A stretch of 64,000 nucleotides of DNA from Myxococcota bacterium (lineage in GTDB: Bacteria > Myxococcota_A > UBA796 > SXON01), in NCBI GenBank assembly GCA_040386535.1, contig JAZKFH010000013.1:450817-514816 (forward strand), given 5' to 3'. The notes beneath the pieces are model-generated. The model worked only from the letters and a program-made list of their open reading frames with translations, searched no databases and was not told where the DNA came from. Made by a program: the position numbers and the translations under genes. Below, piece by piece: positions 57,619-64,000 of the stretch; position 1 is the stretch's first letter, and every line of letters begins with the position of its first letter.

Positions 57619-60387
57619 ATGCGCAAGGCCCTCCTCGTCGCCGGCTCGGTCGTCGTGCTCGCGTCCCTCCTGATCCTGCTCGTCCCGTTCCTCTTCAAGG
57701 ATCGCATCGTCGCCGCGGTCGCCGCCCAGGTGAACCGCCATGTCGACGCCACCGTGAAGTTCGACACGGCCGATCTGACGCTGTTCCGCTCGTTCCCCAA
57801 CCTCGAGCTGGCGCTGGGCAACCTGACGGTCACCGGAAAGGAGCCGTTCGACGGCGTCGTTTTGGCCCGCGTGGCGGACGCGCGGCTCGCGCTCGATCTC
57901 ATGAGCGTGGTCGGCGGCGGGACCGTGGTGGTGCGCTCGTTGGCGCTCCACGACGCCGACGTCCACCTGCTCGTCGACGCGCAGGGCCGCTCCAACATGG
58001 ACGTGACGAAGGACGATCCGGCCGCCGCCCCCACCGACACGCCCAGCGACTTCTCTCTCGATCTCGACGCGTACACGCTCGAGAACGTCGCGCTGACCTA
58101 CGAGGATCGCGCGGGCGGCCTGCTCGTTTCCCTCGCCGACCTCGACGCCACCGGCTCGGTCAAGGTCTCTCGCGACGCGAACGAGTTCGGGACCAAGGCG
58201 AGCATCGCCACGCTGTCCGTGACCAACGGCGGCGTGGAGCTGCTCCGCGAGGTGGCGGTCACCGCCGATCTGCAGGCGCGCCAGGACCTCGCCACCGGCG
58301 TGTTCACCCTCGGGGACACGCGCCTGGCGCTCAACGACCTCGCCGTCGCGTTCAAGGGCACCGTCGCGCCTTCGGGCGACGACATCGGCCTCGACCTGAC
58401 GTTCGCGGCCGGCGAGACCCCGTTCGCGTCCATCCTCTCGCTCCTCCCTGCCGCGTACTCCAAGGACGTGGCGGGCCTCGTGAGCAGCGGCTCCGTCGCG
58501 TTGCAGGGGTCTGTGAAGGGCACCCACAAGTCCGCCGCGGCGGACCATCTCCCCGGGTTCGACCTGACGCTCCAGGTGGTGGACGGGTCCTTCCAATACC
58601 CCTCGCTCCCGTCCTCGGTCGACGCGGTCAACCTCGAGATGGTGGTGCGCCACCCCGAGGGGATCACCGATCTGGTCGAGGTCGACGTGAAGCGCTTCGC
58701 GCTCGCGGTGGGCGGGAGCCCGCTCACGGGCAGCTTCTCGCTCCGCCACCCGATGACCGATCCGGACGTGGCGGCGCGGATGGTCGGCGTGCTCGACCTC
58801 GGCAAGCTGCACCAGGCCCTGCCCGCGGCGAGCAGCACGTGGCAGGGGCGGCTCGACGTCGACCTCGACGTGGCCGGGCGCGTCTCCCAGTTCACCACCG
58901 AGGGCCTCCAGACCGCGCAGGAGGGCGTGCGCGCCGACGGGCGGTTCGTGCTCGAGGGGTTCCGCTGGGAGGAGCCGAGCGACAAGGCGCCGATGGTGGT
59001 CGACCGCCTCGCCGTCACGCTCAACCCCCGCCGCGCCGACATCACCGAGCTCGGGATGACCCTCGGGGCCTCGGACATCCGGGCGACCGGATCCCTCGAC
59101 AACATCATCGCGTACGCCCTCACGGACGCGACGCTGGTGGGCCGGATGGACGTCGCCTCGAAGTTCCTCGATCTCGACGCGTTCGCGGGCGGGGACGAGG
59201 CTCCTGGCGAGCCGACGGCGGCCGACGAGTCCAGCATCGTCGTCGTACCGAAGGATCTCGACTTCGCGATCACGGCGAAGGCGGAAAAGGTGCGCTACGG
59301 CGGCCACGAGGCGACCGAGGCGCGTGGCACCTTCGCGGTGAAGGACGGCGCGTTGCGCATCGACTCGCTGAAGATGAACCTCCTCGGCGGCGCGGTCGGC
59401 CTCACCGGGAGCTACACCGCGGCCGACGACGCGGGCGCCGATGTCGACATGGCGCTCGATCTCGCCGACTTCGACGTGACGAAGACCGTCGAGGCCTTCG
59501 AGACGCTCCAGAAGATCGTGCCGGTCGCGCAAGGGGCGAAGGGGCGCTTCGGCTCGGGCCTGCGTGTGAAGGCGCGGCTCGGGCGGGACCTGACCCCCGA
59601 GATCGAGAGCGTCCTCTCGGATGGGCGGCTCCGCACCTCCAACTTGACGCTCACGCCCGCGTTCCTCACCCAGGTCGCCGAGACCCTCGGCGCGAAACGT
59701 TTCTCCACCCTCGACCTGTCCGACGCGGATCTCGGCTTCGTGATGGAGAAGGGGCGGATCGCCATCTCTCCCACCGCGCTGAAGATCGGCGGGGCCGCGG
59801 CCACGTTGGGAGGCTCCACCGGCGTGCTCGATCGTACGCTCGACCTCGACCTCGGCATGACGATTCCCGCCGGTCTTGCCGACGGGATCGTGCGGTCGAG
59901 CTCGTTCGAGCTGCTCAAGGAGGTCAAGGTCAAGGTGGGCGGCACCTACGACAAGCCGACGGTTAAGCTCGACATGGGCGGCGTGGTCGACGCGGTGAAG
60001 GAGCAGGTCCTCGCCGGGGTTGGCGTCGTGTCGGACAAGGTGTTCGAGGAGGCGCGGAAACAAGGCGCCGCGCTGGTGGCCGAGGCGGAGCGCCAGGCGA
60101 CGAAGCTCAAGGCCGAGGCCGCGAAGCAGGCGGACGGGCTCAAGGCCGAGGCGAAGAAGCAGGGCGACAAGCTCGTGGCCGAGGCGAAGAACCCCATCGC
60201 GGCGGCCGCGGCGAAGGAGGCGAAGAAGAAGCTGCTCGTCGAGGCCGACAAGAAGATCGACAAGCTCCGGGCCGAGGCCGACCGCAAGGCCGACGCGGGG
60301 GTGGCCGCGGCGAAGAAGCAGAGCGACAAGCTGATCGCGGACGCCGAGGCGGAGAGCAAGGCGAAGACGAAGGCGGCGTTGAAGTAG
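57619..60387 (+). CDS. AsmA-family (bridge-like lipid transfer) protein with Lys/Ala/Glu-rich helical tail
   Basis: N-terminal TM, LFRSFP, LDL.S, repeated beta-groove strands, GGT..KP, C-terminal EA.KQ..KL repeats. Confidence 0.8.
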   Translation: MRKALLVAGSVVVLASLLILLVPFLFKDRIVAAVAAQVNRHVDATVKFDTADLTLFRSFPNLELALGNLTVTGKEPFDGVVLARVADARLALDLMSVVGGGTVVVRSLALHDADVHLLVDAQGRSNMDVTKDDPAAAPTDTPSDFSLDLDAYTLENVALTYEDRAGGLLVSLADLDATGSVKVSRDANEFGTKASIATLSVTNGGVELLREVAVTADLQARQDLATGVFTLGDTRLALNDLAVAFKGTVAPSGDDIGLDLTFAAGETPFASILSLLPAAYSKDVAGLVSSGSVALQGSVKGTHKSAAADHLPGFDLTLQVVDGSFQYPSLPSSVDAVNLEMVVRHPEGITDLVEVDVKRFALAVGGSPLTGSFSLRHPMTDPDVAARMVGVLDLGKLHQALPAASSTWQGRLDVDLDVAGRVSQFTTEGLQTAQEGVRADGRFVLEGFRWEEPSDKAPMVVDRLAVTLNPRRADITELGMTLGASDIRATGSLDNIIAYALTDATLVGRMDVASKFLDLDAFAGGDEAPGEPTAADESSIVVVPKDLDFAITAKAEKVRYGGHEATEARGTFAVKDGALRIDSLKMNLLGGAVGLTGSYTAADDAGADVDMALDLADFDVTKTVEAFETLQKIVPVAQGAKGRFGSGLRVKARLGRDLTPEIESVLSDGRLRTSNLTLTPAFLTQVAETLGAKRFSTLDLSDADLGFVMEKGRIAISPTALKIGGAAATLGGSTGVLDRTLDLDLGMTIPAGLADGIVRSSSFELLKEVKVKVGGTYDKPTVKLDMGGVVDAVKEQVLAGVGVVSDKVFEEARKQGAALVAEAERQATKLKAEAAKQADGLKAEAKKQGDKLVAEAKNPIAAAAAKEAKKKLLVEADKKIDKLRAEADRKADAGVAAAKKQSDKLIADAEAESKAKTKAALK

Positions 60388-60408
60388 CGCGGCGCGTGAA
60401 CGGCGCGG

Positions 60409-61584
60409 TCAGCTCCGGTCGTACAGGAGCACGCCCTCGCGCGCCTCGATCCACGCGTCGATCTCGCCCTTCCAGCCGGTGAGCAGGTCCCGCGGGCGGA
60501 CGCGGCTCTCGAGCCCGACGCGCGCCTCGGCGGAGCCGCACAACAGGTCGATGGCGATGGGCGTTTCGACGAACTCGTAGGTCTCCGTGCGCCAGCGGAA
60601 ATGGTCGGGCGCGGCGCGGAGCGCGGCCTCCAACACGACGAGGCCGAGCAGGAAGCTCTCGAGCTGGTCGGGGTTGGTGACGGTGACCTCGACGCCGTGG
60701 CACACCTTGCCGGCGAACTTCTGGAAGCGCGGCTCGAACGTGGCGGCGCGGAACGCCACCCCGGTGAGCTCGTTGTCCACGGCGCCCTGGCGGCAGAGGC
60801 GGGTGAACACGCCCGCGTCGAGCCAGGGGGCGCCGACGAGGTGGAACGGGCGCGTGGTGCCGCGGCCCTCGGAGAGGTTGGTCCCCTCGATGAGGCACAT
60901 GCCCGGGTAGAGCAGGGCGGTCTCGAGCGTGGGCATGTTGGGGGAGCAGTACACCCAGGGGAGGCCCGTGGCGTCGAAGCGCCGCGTGGGGTCCCAACCC
61001 TCACACTTCACGACGTCGACCTTGCACGCGATGCCGAGCACGTCGCGGAAGTAGAGCGCGAGCTCGCCCATCGTCAGGCCGTGGCGCACGGGGAGCGGGT
61101 AGGCGCTCACGAAGCTCTCGAAGCCGGGCTGCACGAGGTTGCCCTCGATCGTGATGCCGTCGATGGGGTTGGGGCGGTCGAGCACCACGATGCGCGTGCC
61201 CGTCGTGGCCGCGACCTCCATCAGGTACCCGAGCGTGGCCTGGTACGTGTAGTAGCGCGTGCCGATGTCCTGGATGTCGAACAGCACGACGTCGAGGTCT
61301 TCGAGCAGGGCGCGATCGGGACGGAGGGACGCCGCCGAGTCACCGTAGAGGGACACCACGGCGGGGCCGTCGTCCTCTCCCTCGACCGCGATCATGTCCT
61401 GCGCCGTCGCGTGCAGGCCGTGCTCGGGCGCGAACACGCGACGCACGGGGATCCCGGCGGCGGCGAGGCGATCGAGCAGGTGGTCCAGGTTCGGATCCAC
61501 CGCGGTGTGGTTGCAGCACACGCCCACGCGCAGGCCGGCGAGGCCGGACACGTCGTCGAACAACACCTCGAGCCCGGAGCGCAT
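60409..61584 (-). CDS. namZ: Exo-beta-N-acetylmuramidase NamZ (DUF1343)
   Basis: NHT, PEHG, SLYG, FDIQDIGTRYYTY, LDRPNP, RHGLT.GELA, SPNMP, EGTNLSEGRGT. Confidence 0.9.
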   Translation of the reverse strand: MRSGLEVLFDDVSGLAGLRVGVCCNHTAVDPNLDHLLDRLAAAGIPVRRVFAPEHGLHATAQDMIAVEGEDDGPAVVSLYGDSAASLRPDRALLEDLDVVLFDIQDIGTRYYTYQATLGYLMEVAATTGTRIVVLDRPNPIDGITIEGNLVQPGFESFVSAYPLPVRHGLTMGELALYFRDVLGIACKVDVVKCEGWDPTRRFDATGLPWVYCSPNMPTLETALLYPGMCLIEGTNLSEGRGTTRPFHLVGAPWLDAGVFTRLCRQGAVDNELTGVAFRAATFEPRFQKFAGKVCHGVEVTVTNPDQLESFLLGLVVLEAALRAAPDHFRWRTETYEFVETPIAIDLLCGSAEARVGLESRVRPRDLLTGWKGEIDAWIEAREGVLLYDRS

Positions 61585-61663
61585 GGCGAACCTCCGCGGG
61601 CCGGGTATCACGACGGCGGGCCCTCGCCCGACTGGAACCCGCCCGAGTGGCATAGGGGGGCCC

Positions 61664-62212
61664 ATGGCCCCCATCCCCCTCCCCATCGCCCGCACCTGGG
61701 ACGGCGCCCCCGCCGCCCCCGGCGAGATCGCCACCGTCACGGTGGCGTGGCGCGACGACGCGCTCCACCTCTCGATCGACGCGCCCCTCCACGGTGATCC
61801 GCCTCCCGACGCCCCGCCCGGCGCCCTCTGGGGCCTGTGGGACCACGAGGTGGTCGAGCTCTTCGTGCTCGGCGCGGACGACCACTACACCGAGGTCGAG
61901 TTCGGTCCGCACGGCCATCACCTGCTCCTCCGGCTCGAAGGCCGCCGCAACGTGGTCGAGCGGCTGCTCCCCGTGGAGGCGACGTGGTCGCGCACGCCCG
62001 ATCGCTGGCGGGTCGAGGCCGTGCTCCCGGCGGCCGTCCTCCCGCCGCGCTCCGACGCGCGCCCGTGGCGGCTCAACGCCTACGCCATCCACGGTACGGG
62101 CGCCGCTCGGCGCTACCTCGCGTGGGCCCCGGTGCCGGGGGAGCAGCCGGACTTCCACCGGCTGGAGGCCTTCCGTGAGATGCCGGGGCGCGAGGTGCCG
62201 GGGATCGGGTAG
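61664..62212 (+). CDS. UPF0462/C4orf33-like protein
   Basis: I..TWDG, APL..DPP, LWD.EVVE.F, Y.EVE..PHG.HL.L.L.G.RN, N..AIHG, PDFH.LE.F, recalled from the C4orf33 family. Confidence 0.75.
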   Translation: MAPIPLPIARTWDGAPAAPGEIATVTVAWRDDALHLSIDAPLHGDPPPDAPPGALWGLWDHEVVELFVLGADDHYTEVEFGPHGHHLLLRLEGRRNVVERLLPVEATWSRTPDRWRVEAVLPAAVLPPRSDARPWRLNAYAIHGTGAARRYLAWAPVPGEQPDFHRLEAFREMPGREVPGIG

Positions 62213-62224
62213 GGCGCGAGCGCC

Positions 62225-62364
62225 CCGCGGCAGGCGCCCGGAGAGCGGGCGGCTCTGCGCCCGGCTCGGCCCCTCCGCCGCCGCGAGGCGGGGGAGGCGC
62301 CAGCCAAGCGCGGAGCGCGCGCTCGCAGGGGGCCGACGGCGGCCCTGCCGCCGGGCCGCCCAGC
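62225..62364. repeat. Structured intergenic element, copy B
   Basis: Same four conserved blocks as 46324-46465, with different hairpin sequences between them. Confidence 0.8.
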
Positions 62365-62387
62365 GTCCGTCCCTGGGGCCTGGAGTG

Positions 62388-63362
62388 CTAGATCGGCGCC
62401 GGCCCGTCTCCGCCGGGCTCCGGCGCCTTGGCCCGCTGCATCGTCAGCGCGTGGTCGTTCCAGTAGCGGCCGAACGCGTGGAAGTCCTGATCGAGCCCGG
62501 CGAGCGCGATGGCGAGCGTGGCGTGGGCCTCGGAGCGCGCTTCGGGCTCGGGGTGGCCGAGGACGTGGCGCCACACGTGCTGGAGCGAGGGGTGGTGATG
62601 GTCCTGGGTGAGCTGCACGAGCAGCGCGCGCTGGGTCCAGCTCGGGAGCTGGAGGTAGGTCACGGCCAGCACGGGCACGTCGGAGGGGAGGATGCCCTCG
62701 CGCGCGCGCTCCATCTCCTCCGAGCGGCCGTGCAACACGACCTGGAAGCCGCGCTGGCCGCCGGGGGAGAGGTGGCGCTGGAGGGCGGCGCCTGGGGGGG
62801 TGCGGAGGAGGCCGTCGATGTGCGGGACGGAGCCGCGGCCCGGATCGGTGAACGGGTAGCTGCCGCCGCGCTCGAGGGCGCAGAGCACGGACGGGGCGCC
62901 CGCGGTGTGGCAGGCCGCGAGCTCGTCGGGCGTGATCCCCACACAACGCAGGAGGAAGAACGGCTCGCCGCTCACGTCGAATGTGGCGCGCGGCTCGTGC
63001 GGGGCGAACAGGAGCCCGCCCAGGCGGGTCGTGGCGTCGCCCAGGGGGAGCGTGCCGTAGGGGGCGAAGCGCGCGCCCGCGGAGTGGGGGCCCACCCGTG
63101 ACAGGAGCTTGGGCGCCCAGTCCTGCGGCTCCCGGGTATGCATCGCGAGCTCGAACGGCACCGCGCCGTACCGCTGGGGGAACCCCGGGTGGGTCAGGCC
63201 GCAGGTCACGTAGGTGATGCCGCCGTCCTCCGCGGAGAAGGCCAGGACATCGACGCCGCCGCCGAGGTGGAGGGGCGGCACCGCCGTGTGTACACGGGGG
63301 AGGGGCACGCCGATCAGGGCCGCGAGCGCGTCCCGGCGCTGCGAAATGAACTTCTGATCCAT
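62388..63362 (-). CDS. Suppressor-of-fused (SUFU)-like domain protein with extra C-terminal domain
   Basis: DV..F, YVTCGL, FEL.M, W...LL, FL...GIT.DEL, YPFTDP.R.S. Confidence 0.7.
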   Translation of the reverse strand: MDQKFISQRRDALAALIGVPLPRVHTAVPPLHLGGGVDVLAFSAEDGGITYVTCGLTHPGFPQRYGAVPFELAMHTREPQDWAPKLLSRVGPHSAGARFAPYGTLPLGDATTRLGGLLFAPHEPRATFDVSGEPFFLLRCVGITPDELAACHTAGAPSVLCALERGGSYPFTDPGRGSVPHIDGLLRTPPGAALQRHLSPGGQRGFQVVLHGRSEEMERAREGILPSDVPVLAVTYLQLPSWTQRALLVQLTQDHHHPSLQHVWRHVLGHPEPEARSEAHATLAIALAGLDQDFHAFGRYWNDHALTMQRAKAPEPGGDGPAPI

Positions 63363-63576
63363 GTCCGCGACGCTACGCGATGTGTCGGGCCCTGGCCATG
63401 CATCCGGGGCCGTTCCAAGACAACCGGTGGAACACCCCGCGCAATACACATGAAAGATTCGCGTCGCGCCATACGGCGCTCGCTCCCGACGCGCGCGCCG
63501 CCCCGAGAGCCACCTGGCTCATCTGCCATGACGCGCCGTTGACCATCGGGCCCGCCGGGGGCACTACATGGGGCGC

Positions 63577-64000
63577 ATGACGAACCTTGACGGCCGAGCC
63601 CGTGTCCTCGCGGTCCTCCGGGACGACTCCGGCCTTTCGCGGCCCGATCGGCTCCCCCTCTGGCTGATGCGCCAGGCGGGGCGGTTCCTGCCCGAGTACC
63701 GCGCGGTGCGGGCGGACGTGCCATTCCTCGATCTCGTGCGCAGCCCCGATCTCTGCACCGAGGTGGCGATGCAGCCGCTCCGGCGCTTCGATCTCGACGC
63801 CACGATCGTGTTCTCCGACATCCTCGTCATCCCCGACGCGCTCGGCGCCGGCCTGTCCTTCGAGAAGGGCGACGGGCCGAAGATCGAGCGGCCGCTGGTG
63901 TCGGACGAGGCCGTCGACGCGCTCCAGTGGGACGGCGTGTGTGACCGCCTCGGCTACGTCTACGACGCGGTCGCGGCCTTGCGCAAGGCCGCGCCGGGGC
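63577..64000 (+). CDS. hemE: Uroporphyrinogen decarboxylase (5' part, truncated by the window end)
   Basis: PLWLMRQAGR.LPEYR, EV..QP..RF..DA.I.FSDIL. Confidence 0.93.
   Translation, partial: MTNLDGRARVLAVLRDDSGLSRPDRLPLWLMRQAGRFLPEYRAVRADVPFLDLVRSPDLCTEVAMQPLRRFDLDATIVFSDILVIPDALGAGLSFEKGDGPKIERPLVSDEAVDALQWDGVCDRLGYVYDAVAALRKAAPG

Overview
Very GC-rich bacterial chromosome segment, most likely from a Myxococcota-like deltaproteobacterium (inferred from a MYXO-CTERM-type sorting tail, many Cys-rich lipoproteins, and FHA/Ser-Thr kinase and J-domain/TPR signalling proteins). It holds about 55 CDS. The housekeeping backbone is ldcA, accD, folC, lptD-like, holB, tatD, sppA, ppiD-like, mreB, trxA, ivd, polA, hemB, hemD, hemE and namZ. 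Accessory modules include a Septu (PtuA/PtuB)-like ATPase-HNH pair after polA, a thioester alpha-2-macroglobulin, an ECF sigma with a repeat-expanded anti-sigma, and an NsrR-globin pair inside the hem genes. The most unusual signals are: (i) a ~140-nt multi-stem element present twice (46324-46465, 62225-62364), with identical motif blocks and hairpins of different sequence at equivalent positions, each just downstream of a minus-strand stop codon; (ii) a fused E1alpha/beta 2-oxoacid dehydrogenase coupled to a FabD-fold transacylase that lacks the malonyl-binding Arg, with no E2/E3 nearby; (iii) several enzymes with altered catalytic residues (AhcY-like, alpha/beta hydrolase, receiver domain); (iv) a bacterial homologue of human C4orf33; (v) recurrent TAnnnT hexamers 6-7 nt before start codons, suggesting leaderless mRNAs. 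No rRNA, tRNA, CRISPR array or transposase was recognised. All family calls come from motif recognition by eye, not database searches.
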